64,000 nucleotides of DNA from Cyanobacteriota bacterium (lineage in GTDB: Bacteria; Cyanobacteriota; Cyanobacteriia; Thermostichales; Thermostichaceae): contig JANRIL010000015.1 of assembly GCA_033764955.1 (NCBI GenBank), forward strand, positions 32,001 to 96,000, written 5' to 3'. Shown here in pieces: positions 42,836 through 53,077 of this stretch. The notes below the pieces were generated by a model. It searched no databases and was not told where the DNA came from. It worked only from the letters and a program-made list of their open reading frames with translations. The position numbers and the translations under genes are program-made. Position 1 is the stretch's first letter. Each line of letters begins with the position of its first letter.

Positions 42836-43750
42836 TTAGCTGAGAAACTCTAGTAACAGGCGATTGACGGTTTGGGGTGCTTCCTGCTGTGCCCAATGCC
42901 CACATTCAGGGATATATTCTTTGCGAATGGAGTTAGCAAAAAAACTATCCATACCCTCCGTTAATTCACGAGATAGGGCGAAGTCTTCCTCTCCCCAAAT
43001 CAACAGGGTAGGAGCAAAAATCTGCCGCATGGGTTCTAAAAAGAGGCTTTGTAGAGTAGGTAAATTAAATAATTGTCGATAATAATTAATCGCAGAGGTT
43101 AATACTTTGGGTTTGGCTAAAGCAGCTTGATAAATCTTGAGATCTTGACTCGTAAAAGCGCCCTTTCGCACGGATGTATCTTGAAAAATCCGCTTGACCC
43201 AGTCCTGTAGATCCCTTTGCAGTAACCATTCTGGCATATAAGGCACCTGAAAAAATAACATATACCAACTGCGACGAATTTGATCCCAATTGCTGAGAAA
43301 CTCTCGGCGGAAGCAAGCCGGATGGGGGGAATTAAGAACGGCTAGCTTGCGAATTTGTTGGGGGAATAATTGTGCCCAATGCCAAGCAATAGCACCTCCC
43401 CAGTCATGAGCCACCACCGAAGCCGTTTGACAGCCAAAATGGTCTAAAAGCCCTCGAATATCGTTGGTGAGCGTATCCAAGTCATAGCCAGAATCCGGCT
43501 TGTCCGAATCGTTGTAACCCCGCAGATCCGGAGCCACCACCCGAAAGCGGGTGGCGAGGGTGGGCAACTGATACCGCCAGGAATACCAAAACTCAGGAAA
43601 TCCATGCAGGAGGATGACCAAGTCACCCGTGCCCTGTGTCACGTAGTGCAGTTGAATGCCATTGCTCTGGGCATAACCATGTTGCCAGGATCCGATGGTT
43701 GCCTCCAGAATGGTTGTCTCCGGATCCGGTGAAGAGGGGATTTGAGCCAT
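42836..43750 (-). CDS. Alpha/beta hydrolase (epoxide hydrolase-like)
   Basis: LHGFPEFWYSWR, DLRGYN, AHDWGG, GHWAQQE. Confidence 0.92.
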   Translation of the reverse strand: MAQIPSSPDPETTILEATIGSWQHGYAQSNGIQLHYVTQGTGDLVILLHGFPEFWYSWRYQLPTLATRFRVVAPDLRGYNDSDKPDSGYDLDTLTNDIRGLLDHFGCQTASVVAHDWGGAIAWHWAQLFPQQIRKLAVLNSPHPACFRREFLSNWDQIRRSWYMLFFQVPYMPEWLLQRDLQDWVKRIFQDTSVRKGAFTSQDLKIYQAALAKPKVLTSAINYYRQLFNLPTLQSLFLEPMRQIFAPTLLIWGEEDFALSRELTEGMDSFFANSIRKEYIPECGHWAQQEAPQTVNRLLLEFLS

Positions 43751-43904
43751 GAGATATTAACGGAGTCACCAAAAATATTCGTGTTCAAATATACTAACCA
43801 AAGGATGGCGGTTGCGGCTGTGGGTTTGGTTATTGGCTTGCCGATTAAGCTTCTGTCATTGGCATCTGTTTTGCATTAGTCATGTTTGCATTTGTCATTG
43901 AGCT

Positions 43905-44837
43905 GTGATTGCCTCATTTCCCCCACCACTGTCCATAACGATTCTCGGATCCGGAGCTTGGGGATCCACTCTTTATGAGTTGGCAGTAGCGCAGGGGCAT
44001 CGGGTCAGCCTGTGGGGTCGTCGCCGTGGGGATCCCTTGGGGGCAGCGGTGGCCGGAGCGGATCTGATCGTTTCAGCCGTGTCGATGGTTGGGGTGCCGT
44101 CTTTGGTCAACCAATTGCAATCGATGGACATTCCCCCCCAGAGCATTGTAGTCACCACAACCAAAGGGTTAGATGCCGTTAGCCTGATGACCCCCGCCCA
44201 GATCTGGCAACAAGCCTTCCCCAAACAAGCGATAGTGGTGCTGTCTGGCCCCAACCTCTCCAAAGAAATTCAGCAAGGATTACCCACCGCCACCGTTGTA
44301 GCCAGTAGCGTCTCTGCCGCCGCCGTCACGGTGCAACAGGCTTTTTCCTCAGAGCGGTTTCGTGTCTATACCAGCCAGGATCCCTTAGGGGTAGAGCTAG
44401 GGGGAACCCTGAAAAACGTGATTGCCATCGCGGTGGGGGTATGTGATGGATTGCACCTGGGAGCCAATGCCAAAGCAGCTCTCACCACCCGTGGATTGGC
44501 GGAGATCATTCGGATCGGTACTTGCTTGGGAGCCAAGCCCGAAACCTTTAGCGGCTTATCAGGGGTGGGAGATCTGCTAGCCACCTGTCACAGTCCCCTC
44601 AGCCGCAATTATCAAGTGGGCTATGGGTTGGGGCAGGGCAAAAGCCTGGAACAAATTTTGGCCGATTTGGAAGGTACTGCCGAAGGCATCAACACAACCC
44701 GAGTTTTGGTGAGACTGGCTGAGCAGTTCGGGATCCCTGTGCCCATTTCCCAACAGGTTTATGCCGTTTTGCAGGGGGATGTTACCCCTCAGTCCGCCCT
44801 AGAGACCCTGATGGAACGAGCCGTCAAACCCGAATAA
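43905..44837 (+). CDS. gpsA: NAD(P)H-dependent glycerol-3-phosphate dehydrogenase
   Basis: GSGAWG, TTKGL, LSGPNL, GGTLKNVIAIA, GDLLATC..SRN. Confidence 0.95.
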   Translation: MIASFPPPLSITILGSGAWGSTLYELAVAQGHRVSLWGRRRGDPLGAAVAGADLIVSAVSMVGVPSLVNQLQSMDIPPQSIVVTTTKGLDAVSLMTPAQIWQQAFPKQAIVVLSGPNLSKEIQQGLPTATVVASSVSAAAVTVQQAFSSERFRVYTSQDPLGVELGGTLKNVIAIAVGVCDGLHLGANAKAALTTRGLAEIIRIGTCLGAKPETFSGLSGVGDLLATCHSPLSRNYQVGYGLGQGKSLEQILADLEGTAEGINTTRVLVRLAEQFGIPVPISQQVYAVLQGDVTPQSALETLMERAVKPE

Positions 44838-44985
44838 GCTGTGCCAGACTGGCTAGATGTTGAGCCTTTCTGAGATTGAGCGATTTGGCTGAAGTTTTTT
44901 TGTAATAACTCGAATTAAATTAAATCATCCCTCCCATCAGTTGGCTAGCCAACCCAGAGGGAAGCAAACCCTCAGGGCGATTGAG

Positions 44986-45390
44986 ATGGCAACAATCCTA
45001 GTGATCGAGGACGAAAAACCCATTCGCACCTATGTCTCTAAAATCCTTGAGGCAGAGGGTCATGCGGCTATCTGTGCCGAAAATGGTGAGGATGGACTGG
45101 ATCTAGTCAAGCAGTGTCAGCCGGATCTGGTGCTGTGTGATCTGGTCATGCCCAAGCTGAATGGCTATGGTGTTCTGGATGCCTTAAAGCGGGATCAGAA
45201 CACGGCTGGGATCCCTTTTGTTTTTTTGTCTAGCAAATGTTCCGAAGAAGACATTCGCCAAGGAATGGCGATGGGATCCGATGATTATTTGTCAAAACCC
45301 GTCGAAAAAAACAATTTGCTAGCGGCAGTGGCGGCTCAATTGCAGCGCATCACTGCTCCCGGTCAACGTGATGTGGCTTATGCCTCCTGA
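44986..45390 (+). CDS. Single-domain response regulator
   Basis: ILVIEDE, DLVLCDLVMP, DDYLSKP receiver motifs. Confidence 0.92.
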   Translation: MATILVIEDEKPIRTYVSKILEAEGHAAICAENGEDGLDLVKQCQPDLVLCDLVMPKLNGYGVLDALKRDQNTAGIPFVFLSSKCSEEDIRQGMAMGSDDYLSKPVEKNNLLAAVAAQLQRITAPGQRDVAYAS

Positions 45391-45420
45391 AGGGTGGGAC
45401 AGGCGGATTCCATTTCATCG

Positions 45421-46047
45421 CTAATCCTGGCAAGGGCTGCAACTTTCCCCCAGCGTTACCAATTGTTCCCGTAGCGCCGCCAAAGCACGACCGCGATGAC
45501 TGACCTGCCTTTTTTGCTCCACCGACATTTCTGCAAACGTCAATCCCAGGTGGGGATCCCAAAAAATGGGGTCATATCCAAAACCTGCTTCTCCCCGAGG
45601 AGCGGGCAAAATCTCCCCACGGCACCGTCCCTCCGCTAAAGCCATGATTTCTCCGGCAGGATTGCTGAGGGCAATCGCGCAAGCAAACATGGCATGGCGA
45701 TTGATGGATCCCTGCTGGGTTTCGATGGCAGCTAATTCGCTTAAAACCCTGGCAATCCGCTCACCATCACTGGGAGCATAGCGAGCCGAATACACCCCCG
45801 GCGCTCCTTTCAAGGCGACCACGGCTAGCCCTGAATCATCCGCCAAGGCCCAGGATCCGGTGGCTAAAGCCACCCCGCGAGCTTTTAGTTCTGCATTCTC
45901 CCGAAAGGTTTTGCCGGTTTCTTCAATCTCCACATCCGCAGGCTTCAGTTGCAACTGCCAACCCGATGGCGTAGGCAAGCTGGCGAAAAACTCTTGAAAT
46001 TCTCGCAGCTTGCCACGATTGCCACTGGCTAAGATCAAAGGGGTCAT
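45421..46047 (-). CDS. rdgB: dITP/XTP pyrophosphatase (Ham1 family)
   Basis: ASGNRGK, LADDSGL, PGVYSAR, GFGYDPIF, SHRGRA. Confidence 0.96.
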   Translation of the reverse strand: MTPLILASGNRGKLREFQEFFASLPTPSGWQLQLKPADVEIEETGKTFRENAELKARGVALATGSWALADDSGLAVVALKGAPGVYSARYAPSDGERIARVLSELAAIETQQGSINRHAMFACAIALSNPAGEIMALAEGRCRGEILPAPRGEAGFGYDPIFWDPHLGLTFAEMSVEQKRQVSHRGRALAALREQLVTLGESCSPCQD

Positions 46048-46125
46048 GGGTTTTCGGGGTAAGTAAGGGATTTTTTAGCGTTACCATCAGAGTTACTATC
46101 TAGAGACAGTCCAGTCCTGGCAGCC

Positions 46126-47079
46126 ATGAATATTGCCGAGAATATCACGCAACTGATCGGTCGTACTCCATTGGTACAACTGAATCGGATCCCGCAATCA
46201 GAGGGATGTCAGGCACGTATTCTGGTGAAGCTGGAGAGTTTTAACCCTGCTGCTTCCGTCAAAGATCGGATTGCCGTCAGTATGATCGACGCTGCCGAAA
46301 AAGCAGGCAAGATTGTCCCAGGAAAAACAATTTTGGTGGAACCCACCTCCGGCAATACTGGCATTGGATTGGCGATGGCCGCCGCCGCCCGTGGATATCG
46401 TTTGATTATCACGATGCCAGAAACCATGAGTATGGAACGGCGGCTGTTGCTGAAAGCTTATGGGGCTGAGGTGCATCTCGCTAGTGGTTCAGGCGGCATG
46501 GGGGAGGCCATTTGGAAAGCCGAGGAAATCGTGCGGCGGACTCCCGATGCCTATATGTTGGGACAGTTTAGCAATCCAGCTAACCCTCAAATTCATCACG
46601 AAACCACTGGCCCTGAAATTTGGCAAGACACCGAGGGAAAAGTTGATATTTTTGTGGCGGGTGTGGGCACCGGAGGGACAATTACCGGAGTTGGCAGCTA
46701 TCTCAAGCGGCAAAATCCCAACATTCAGATTGTGGCGGTGGAACCTGCAAGTAGCGCGGTTTTGAGTGGGCGGCGTCCGGGATCCCATCGCATTGAAGGG
46801 ATTGGGGCAGGGTTTATTCCTGATGTTTTGCGGCGAGATTTAATTGATCAGGTGATAGCTATTGATGACGAAACCAGTATGGTTTTTAGCCGTCGCCTTG
46901 CCAAAGAAGAAGGGATCCTTTCGGGAATCTCCACCGGAGCTGCCCTAGCTGCTGCCATCGATCTCGGATCCCGCCCTGAAAATGCTCATAAGTGGATTGT
47001 TTTTGTCCAGCCCAGTTTTGGGGAGCGCTATTTGAGTACACCTCTTTTTCGAGATTTAGAAACGATCCCCAACCCATAG
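46126..47079 (+). CDS. cysK: Cysteine synthase A
   Basis: [39 protein letters not shown]. Confidence 0.97.
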   Translation: MNIAENITQLIGRTPLVQLNRIPQSEGCQARILVKLESFNPAASVKDRIAVSMIDAAEKAGKIVPGKTILVEPTSGNTGIGLAMAAAARGYRLIITMPETMSMERRLLLKAYGAEVHLASGSGGMGEAIWKAEEIVRRTPDAYMLGQFSNPANPQIHHETTGPEIWQDTEGKVDIFVAGVGTGGTITGVGSYLKRQNPNIQIVAVEPASSAVLSGRRPGSHRIEGIGAGFIPDVLRRDLIDQVIAIDDETSMVFSRRLAKEEGILSGISTGAALAAAIDLGSRPENAHKWIVFVQPSFGERYLSTPLFRDLETIPNP

Positions 47080-47101
47080 ATCATCCATCCACTGTAGGGA
47101 G

Positions 47102-47192
47102 TGTTATCGTTGCCCATCACCCGCCGCCGATCAACTCTCGGACTCAACCAGTAACCTTTGAACGGTCGGGTGCATGGGCGTTGTTATACGGC
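47102..47192 (-). other. attC recombination site
   Basis: Minus strand: GCCGTATAAC-AAC-GCCCAT(G)CACCCG(A)CCG...CGGCGGGTGATGGGC-AAC-G|ATAACA; two extrahelical bases and typical spacers. Confidence 0.8.
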
Positions 47193-47216
47193 GTTTACAT
47201 AGTTAACTATCTCGCC

Positions 47217-47624
47217 CTAAACTTTCTCAGTTATTTGCTTCCACAAGCGATCAAAGTCTATTTCATCCCAACACTCCGCAATTTTGCCATCCTGGATTCT
47301 GTAGATAACAATTCCGGTAAACTCTACTTTCCGATTAGTAGGAGAGATACCATGAAATTCTTTTCTATGGGTTCCTCTTGTCGTAACACGAAGTACAACT
47401 CTGTCATTTTCAGCGATCATGTCTTCCACTGAATAATGAGAGTCGGGAAACGCTTCTACGAATGCCAACTCCAATTGCTGAAGCTCGTGAAAATCAATCA
47501 CGCCGTCCCTACTACGCCCAACAAAATCCAAAGAGATATAATCTTCAAAGCCATTGGAAAACCCATTATTGGCATTAGCAATCCAATCTCTTATGAGATT
47601 TCTATTGATCTCTTGATTCGTCAT
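47217..47624 (-). CDS. SnoaL-like ester cyclase / NTF2 family protein
   Basis: AFPD, EDMIAENDRV, GTHRKEFHGISPTNRKV, DGKIAECW. Confidence 0.9.
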   Translation of the reverse strand: MTNQEINRNLIRDWIANANNGFSNGFEDYISLDFVGRSRDGVIDFHELQQLELAFVEAFPDSHYSVEDMIAENDRVVLRVTTRGTHRKEFHGISPTNRKVEFTGIVIYRIQDGKIAECWDEIDFDRLWKQITEKV

Positions 47625-47650
47625 CGGTTCATTCCAATCAAATAAGAAAA

Positions 47651-48097
47651 CTATATTCTAGACGGTTCAACCATTTGAATACCATGCTTCTCAAGAATTG
47701 CAGGCATCTTGGTTAGATCGCCAGGTAAATCTTTGATTTTCTCTGACATTTCAATGAAAAAATCGTCAATTTTACCTCCGACTGCCCATGCAAGAAACTT
47801 GACAGATTGATTGGAATTGTTTTTGTAACCATGGGTTGTTCTAGCAGGCACATACACAAAGTCACCAGGCTTGATCATAAACTCTCCACCATCCAGATAC
47901 ATGATCATTGAGCCTTCTAGCATATAGTAGCTTTCCTCTTCTTTGGCATGAGTATGTGGAGGAACGAAACCGTTTGGAGGAACATCGACAGTCATAACTG
48001 CCATACTATTGAGTGTGTGCGTGGACTTTAATTTGATGCACACCCTATCACTCAAAACTTGTAGGCTTTGACCTTCTTCACCTTTCAGTACCATCAT
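47651..48097 (-). CDS. Cupin domain protein
   Basis: PPHTHAKEEESYYMLEG...PGDFVYVPARTTHGYKN; AGAGG RBS. Confidence 0.9.
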   Translation of the reverse strand: MMVLKGEEGQSLQVLSDRVCIKLKSTHTLNSMAVMTVDVPPNGFVPPHTHAKEEESYYMLEGSMIMYLDGGEFMIKPGDFVYVPARTTHGYKNNSNQSVKFLAWAVGGKIDDFFIEMSEKIKDLPGDLTKMPAILEKHGIQMVEPSRI

Positions 48098-48490
48098 ATT
48101 TTTGTTCCTCTCTGGAGCTAACACATAGAGGTACGTATGAACAGTTCGCTTGGATCTCCGGGTTCAAAAGTTTTGACCGATCTAGCCGTATAACAATCGG
48201 CTGTCCCCTGCCCTGGTTTTTGGCCTGCCGATCAGCAAGGTTTTCCTAGATAGCAGCATCAACGGGTTGACAAGGGGAGTAGTAGAACCAGCTACATTGA
48301 GGGGTTTAACGGCACCTTACGTCAGGGATCCTCGCCCCCAGTTCAGAAAGGGATGTGCTTCTATCAAAGAAAATTTATAGTCATTCCAATTTAATTTGAG
48401 AATCGCAAAGCCTATCACAGCTTGGTTAGAATGACTTGGCTAGTCGCATGCTTATCTGGAATAACGATAAGTAGCGTCGTAATATGTCCT

Positions 48491-49270
48491 TTACAAAAAA
48501 CGAGTCATCTGCACCCGGTAGCGACCCTTTTTGGTCTCCGCCACATCGTCAATTTGTAGGCGTCCCCGACCCCGTATGGTCACCAGATCCTGAGGGTTGA
48601 GGGGATGGCTGGGCTGAGTAACCGTTTTCCAGTTAACCCGCACCTCACCCCGTTCAATTTCTTGTACCATTTTGCTGCGGGACATGCTAAACCCAGCCGA
48701 AGCTAGCGCATCCAGCCGCAGAGAGGCTTCCACAGAGGCAATCGCTTTGGTTTGGGGAGGGCGAATCTTGAGATCCCCCAAGGGGATCCCCTTCACCTTG
48801 ACGGGAACCGAACGCACCTGCGTCAGATGGGTTTGTAGATAGTCGGCAATTTCGGGCAAGACAATCACCTGGGATCCCTGTTCCCCCAAAACCAGCAGAT
48901 CCCCCACCTTATCGCGGACAATGCCTGTCCCCAAGATGGCTCCCAAAAAATCGGGATGGGTGGCTGTATCAAACAAAAAATTGCCCTGGATATTAAGGGC
49001 GGCTAAGGGAATCTGCTCACGACTCGGCAACATCTCGGGACGGGAGATAGCTAGCCGTTGTCGCTCCGCCTGGGCATAGCCTCCCCAAGCCACTGCCCCC
49101 ACTTCCGTCAGTCGTTGAAAACGGCTAAGGGCTTCAGCAATTTCCGGTGGGGATAAAAAATCGGAATAGGTGACTTGCCACGTTTTGAGAGACTGCTCAG
49201 CAAGATCCAATAAGCGAGCCAAGCTTTCTCGATGCTCGGTTCCCTGCAACAGTTCACTTCTGGGTACCAT
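48491..49270 (-). CDS. YlmH/Sll1252-like S4-domain RNA-binding protein
   Basis: SDFLSPPE, GGYAQAERQR, HPDFLGAILG, ASLRLDA, RGRGRL. Confidence 0.9.
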   Translation of the reverse strand: MVPRSELLQGTEHRESLARLLDLAEQSLKTWQVTYSDFLSPPEIAEALSRFQRLTEVGAVAWGGYAQAERQRLAISRPEMLPSREQIPLAALNIQGNFLFDTATHPDFLGAILGTGIVRDKVGDLLVLGEQGSQVIVLPEIADYLQTHLTQVRSVPVKVKGIPLGDLKIRPPQTKAIASVEASLRLDALASAGFSMSRSKMVQEIERGEVRVNWKTVTQPSHPLNPQDLVTIRGRGRLQIDDVAETKKGRYRVQMTRFL

Positions 49271-49344
49271 TCTGCAACCCCATCCTCATCCCCCTGATTG
49301 AAAACTCTACGAATATCTCTTGAGAATATCTCCTGAAAATAGGT

Positions 49345-50493
49345 CTACAATTGACGGTTTTCTAGCATCATCTCGACAAATTGGCGAAATAGGTAGTCGG
49401 CGTCATGAGGGCCAGGGCTAGCTTCAGGATGATATTGCACGGAAAAAATCGGTAATCTGCGGTGGCGAATGCCTGCTACGGTTCGATCATTCAGGTTGAG
49501 GTGGCTGATCTCAATGTCGGGAGCCGTGAGAGAATCCCCATCCACAGCAAATCCATGATTTTGGCTCGTGATTTCTACCTCTTGTCTTATCCCACAGGGA
49601 TGATTAAGGCCACGATGCCCAAATTTCAGCTTAAAGGTTTGGCTGCCCATCGCCAAACTCAAAATTTGATGCCCCAGACAAATGCCAAACATGGGTTTTT
49701 CGGTAGCTAAAAGGTGGCGAACAGTGGCAATCGCCTGCGTCTCTGCTGCCGGATCTCCTGGTCCATTGGAAAGAAAGATACCTTCGGGATCCTCAGCCAA
49801 CACCCTCTCAGGGGTGGCATCCGCAGGCAAAACCGTCACCTGGCAACCATAGCGGGTCAGCCGCCGCAGAATGTTCCGTTTCACACCAAAATCAAGAGCC
49901 ACCACCCGTAAAGGCGGATCCGGCAGAGTAACCGGGATCCCATAATCCCACTCGGCGGCAGAAGGCTCTTGCCAGTCGTAGGCTTGGGGAGTGGTGACCT
50001 GAGAAACCAAACTCAAACCCTGCATAGAGGGGCTAGCTAAAACATGGGAGAGCAACTGCTGAGGATCCAAAATCTCAGTGGAAATTCCCCCATTCATGGC
50101 TCCTTGGGAGCGTAATTGGCGGGTGAGGGCGCGGGTATCAATGCCTGCAATCGCCGGGATCCCGTGCTGTTTGAGATAGTCGCTGAGGCTGTTCGTGGCT
50201 CGCCAAGAGCTGGTATAGCGAGAAACATTGCGGGCAATCACCCCTCTCGCCTGGGGCCGAACAGACTCTTCATCTAGGGAATTGACCCCCGTGTTGCCCA
50301 ATTCTGGGCAGGTGAAGGTAATCAGTTGTCCACAATAGCTGGGATCCGTAATCACCTCTTGATAGCCTGTCATCCCCGTATTAAAAACTACTTCGCCGGT
50401 GGTGGTGCCTGCGGCTCCAAATGACCAGCCTGTATAGCAGCTACCATCGGCCAGAACCAAAAGCGCTGGGGGAAGTTGAGAGGCAAAAGTCAT
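49345..50493 (-). CDS. carA: Carbamoyl-phosphate synthase small subunit
   Basis: [47 protein letters not shown]. Confidence 0.98.
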   Translation of the reverse strand: MTFASQLPPALLVLADGSCYTGWSFGAAGTTTGEVVFNTGMTGYQEVITDPSYCGQLITFTCPELGNTGVNSLDEESVRPQARGVIARNVSRYTSSWRATNSLSDYLKQHGIPAIAGIDTRALTRQLRSQGAMNGGISTEILDPQQLLSHVLASPSMQGLSLVSQVTTPQAYDWQEPSAAEWDYGIPVTLPDPPLRVVALDFGVKRNILRRLTRYGCQVTVLPADATPERVLAEDPEGIFLSNGPGDPAAETQAIATVRHLLATEKPMFGICLGHQILSLAMGSQTFKLKFGHRGLNHPCGIRQEVEITSQNHGFAVDGDSLTAPDIEISHLNLNDRTVAGIRHRRLPIFSVQYHPEASPGPHDADYLFRQFVEMMLENRQL

Positions 50494-50618
50494 AGGCCGC
50501 TGCCAGATAACAAGAGTGCCCCTATCCTACCGCCAAATCTCCGGCAAGCCCAAACAAGTCGTTCAACCCTAGACAAAACCGTTGATAAAGCTGTTATCAT
50601 AAGAAAGACAAAAAATTA

Positions 50619-50690
50619 GGGACGGTAGCTCAGTGGTAGAGCATTCGGCTTTTAACCGACTGGCCGTGGGTTCGAACCCCACCCGTCCCA
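50619..50690 (+). tRNA. tRNA-Lys (anticodon UUU)
   Basis: GGGACGG/CCGTCCC acceptor stem, AGCTCAGTGGTAGAGC D arm, CTTTTAA anticodon loop, GGTTCGAAC T loop; CCA not encoded. Confidence 0.95.
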
Positions 50691-50811
50691 TCAGCACTTT
50701 GCATGGGTTAGCTTGACTGAATTAACCTAAAGGCAATTGGCGTTGAAATCTGTTCAACTGGAAAGATCCAGACAAGTTGTTGTAGCCAATCCATTTTGGC
50801 CGAAAACGCTC

Positions 50812-51246
50812 TCAAGGTAGAGGAGAAGGGGTGGGATCCGGCAGGATGTAAAGGGTTTCCACTTGTTGTCCGGCAGAGGGCAGAGCTTGAATGGTTCCCT
50901 CCCTGACCTGATAGGTAATTTTTTCCGCCTGCAAGCGATTTTGTTTTTGGGTGATCACCACCTGCCCTTCCAGTTCGATGCGCTGCTCTTGCGTATAGTA
51001 GATAGCCTTTTGCGCCTTTGCTGTCACCTGTTCGGCAGGATAGGAGATAGACACATTGCCTACCGCAATGATCACCCCTGTATTGGCATTTGCCTCCTGC
51101 GAGTCGGCAGTGATTGAGATGGCTCGACTGGGCTGAGCCACCACAGGCTGCCAGTCACTCACTCCCCACCCCATCAAGATACTTATCCCCAGCCCCCAGC
51201 CGGAGAGGGATCCCCTATACCTGGCCTTGCCACTTTTTCGATTCAT
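50812..51246 (-). CDS. LptA/OstA family protein
   Basis: Signal peptide; ITADSQEAN...AVGNV...IELEGQVVITQ...LQAEKITY beta-jellyroll pattern. Confidence 0.85.
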   Translation of the reverse strand: MNRKSGKARYRGSLSGWGLGISILMGWGVSDWQPVVAQPSRAISITADSQEANANTGVIIAVGNVSISYPAEQVTAKAQKAIYYTQEQRIELEGQVVITQKQNRLQAEKITYQVREGTIQALPSAGQQVETLYILPDPTPSPLP

Positions 51247-51485
51247 CGCTCATCACCACACCTTCTGGAGCCAGTTTAGCTTGTGCCAGGGATCCCGCCT
51301 ATGCCCGGATGAAATGGCCATGGTGAGTCCGCCCAGGTAACTAAAGAAGCAATAGGATCAATCCCACCATTCCCCCTGGTGGCGAGACTAGCCTTCTCAG
51401 GACAACGCATGTTTCGGCAATCCTGCTCCTCTCCGTAAAATTTCTTTTGACAATCCCGGAAAAGCTGGATACGATGACCTGAGTT

Positions 51486-51622
51486 CTTTATCCAGAGCAG
51501 ACTGAGGGATCAGGCCCGACGAAGCTGCGGCAACCTAAATCGATCTTCAATTCCTAAAAGAATTCCCATAAGATCCGGTTTTGGTGCCAACTCCTGCGGT
51601 TAGATGGAACCGAAAGATAAGG
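51486..51622 (+). promoter_or_regulatory. SAM-I (S-box) riboswitch aptamer
   Basis: CTTTATCCAGAG...GAGGGA..GGCCCGACGAAG...GGCAACC...GGTGCCAACTCCTGC...GAAAGATAAGG; upstream of metK. Confidence 0.92.
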
Positions 51623-51760
51623 CGAAGTTTTGGATGTTCAACCCACATGGCGTTTGCCAAGCTGGATCTTGATCACGCCCAACTTGGGATATTTATTGAT
51701 ATCGGTTTATCGGTCGTGACCCATGGGATCCCTTTTCCCTCAATGGTTTGGGTGAAGAAC

Positions 51761-51789
51761 CCGCTTTTGATATAAGGCGGAGTTTTTTT
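51761..51789 (+). terminator. Intrinsic terminator of the metK leader
   Basis: CCGCTTT-tgatat-AAGGCGG followed by AGTTTTTTT, directly before the GGAGG RBS. Confidence 0.75.
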
Positions 51790-51803
51790 AGGAGGGTCAA
51801 ACC

Positions 51804-53051
51804 TTGGCTAAGGCGCATCTTTTTTCTTCTGAGTCCGTGACAGAAGGGCATCCTGACAAAATTTGTGATCAACTGTCCGATACGATTTTAGATGCTTTGT
51901 TGACGGAGGATCCCAGCAGTCGGGTGGCGGCGGAGGTGGTCGTGAATACCGGACTGGTAGTGGTGACGGGGGAAATTACTACCCAAGCTCACCTCAACTA
52001 TCCCCAGTTGGTGCGGCAAAAAATTAGTCAGATTGGCTATACCGACGCCAGCAACGGGTTTTCGGCGGATAGCTGTGCGGTGATGATCGCCCTCGATGAA
52101 CAGTCTCCTGATATCGCCCAAGGGGTGAACCAAGCCCTGGAAGGACGGGAAACGCTGGAGGATCCTTTTGATCGAGTGGGGGCAGGCGATCAGGGATTGA
52201 TGTTTGGTTTTGCCTGTAACGAAACGCCGGAGTTGATGCCCTTGCCGATTAGTCTGGCGCATCGGTTGAGTCGGCAGTTAGCTACCGTTCGCAAAAATGG
52301 TACGTTGCCCTATCTGCGCCCGGATGGCAAAACTCAGGTGACGGTCGCCTATGAGGAGGGTCGTCCGGTGGGTATTCACACCCTTTTGATCTCCACCCAA
52401 CATGCCCCCACGATTGGCTCGCTCTCCGAAGATGTGGCGGTACAAAAACAAATTCGCTCCGATCTCTGGGATCTCGTGGTGCAGCCTGTGTTTGCTGATT
52501 TGCCAGTGAAACCCTCCGCCGAGACCCGTTTCTTAACCAATCCCACGGGCAAGTTTGTTATCGGCGGGCCACAGGGGGATGCCGGACTGACCGGACGCAA
52601 AATTATTGTGGATACCTATGGTGGCTATTCGCGGCATGGTGGCGGGGCTTTTTCTGGAAAAGATCCAACGAAAGTAGATCGGAGTGCAGCTTATGCGGCT
52701 CGCTATGTGGCGAAAAATATTGTCGCCGCTGGACTGGCCGAAAAATGTGAGATCCAAGTGAGTTATGCGATTGGCGTAGCCCGACCCATCAATATTTTGG
52801 TAGAAACCTTTGGTACTGGTCGCATCCCTGAGGCGGAGTTACTGGAGCTGATTCATCGGCATTTCGATCTGCGACCTGCCGCTATCCTGGCTCACTTTCA
52901 GTTGCGGGATCTGCCCCGTCTACACGGAGGGCGCTTTTATCAAAACGTAGCCGCCTACGGCCATTTCGGACAAACCCATCTCAATCTCCCCTGGGAGCAA
53001 CTGGATAAGGTGGAGCTTCTCAAAGAGGCAGCGCTAACGACTGTAGGGTGA
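51804..53051 (+). CDS. metK: S-adenosylmethionine synthetase
   Basis: [52 protein letters not shown] start after GGAGG. Confidence 0.98.
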   Translation: MAKAHLFSSESVTEGHPDKICDQLSDTILDALLTEDPSSRVAAEVVVNTGLVVVTGEITTQAHLNYPQLVRQKISQIGYTDASNGFSADSCAVMIALDEQSPDIAQGVNQALEGRETLEDPFDRVGAGDQGLMFGFACNETPELMPLPISLAHRLSRQLATVRKNGTLPYLRPDGKTQVTVAYEEGRPVGIHTLLISTQHAPTIGSLSEDVAVQKQIRSDLWDLVVQPVFADLPVKPSAETRFLTNPTGKFVIGGPQGDAGLTGRKIIVDTYGGYSRHGGGAFSGKDPTKVDRSAAYAARYVAKNIVAAGLAEKCEIQVSYAIGVARPINILVETFGTGRIPEAELLELIHRHFDLRPAAILAHFQLRDLPRLHGGRFYQNVAAYGHFGQTHLNLPWEQLDKVELLKEAALTTVG

Positions 53052-53077
53052 AGGTGAGTTTACCTATGGCTTAAAAC

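Larger units (their letters stand above)
47108..48193 (-). mobile_element. Solitary integron gene cassette (two genes plus attC)
   Basis: Starts G|TTATACGGC (minus strand, 48194-48185) and ends in an attC whose R'' GCCGTATAAC is its exact complement; AT-rich; lacks GGATCC. Confidence 0.8.

Noticed and set aside
50691..50811. Possible island integrated at tRNA-Lys
   Set aside because: No integrase or duplicated tRNA 3' end seen; a core LptA-like gene follows.
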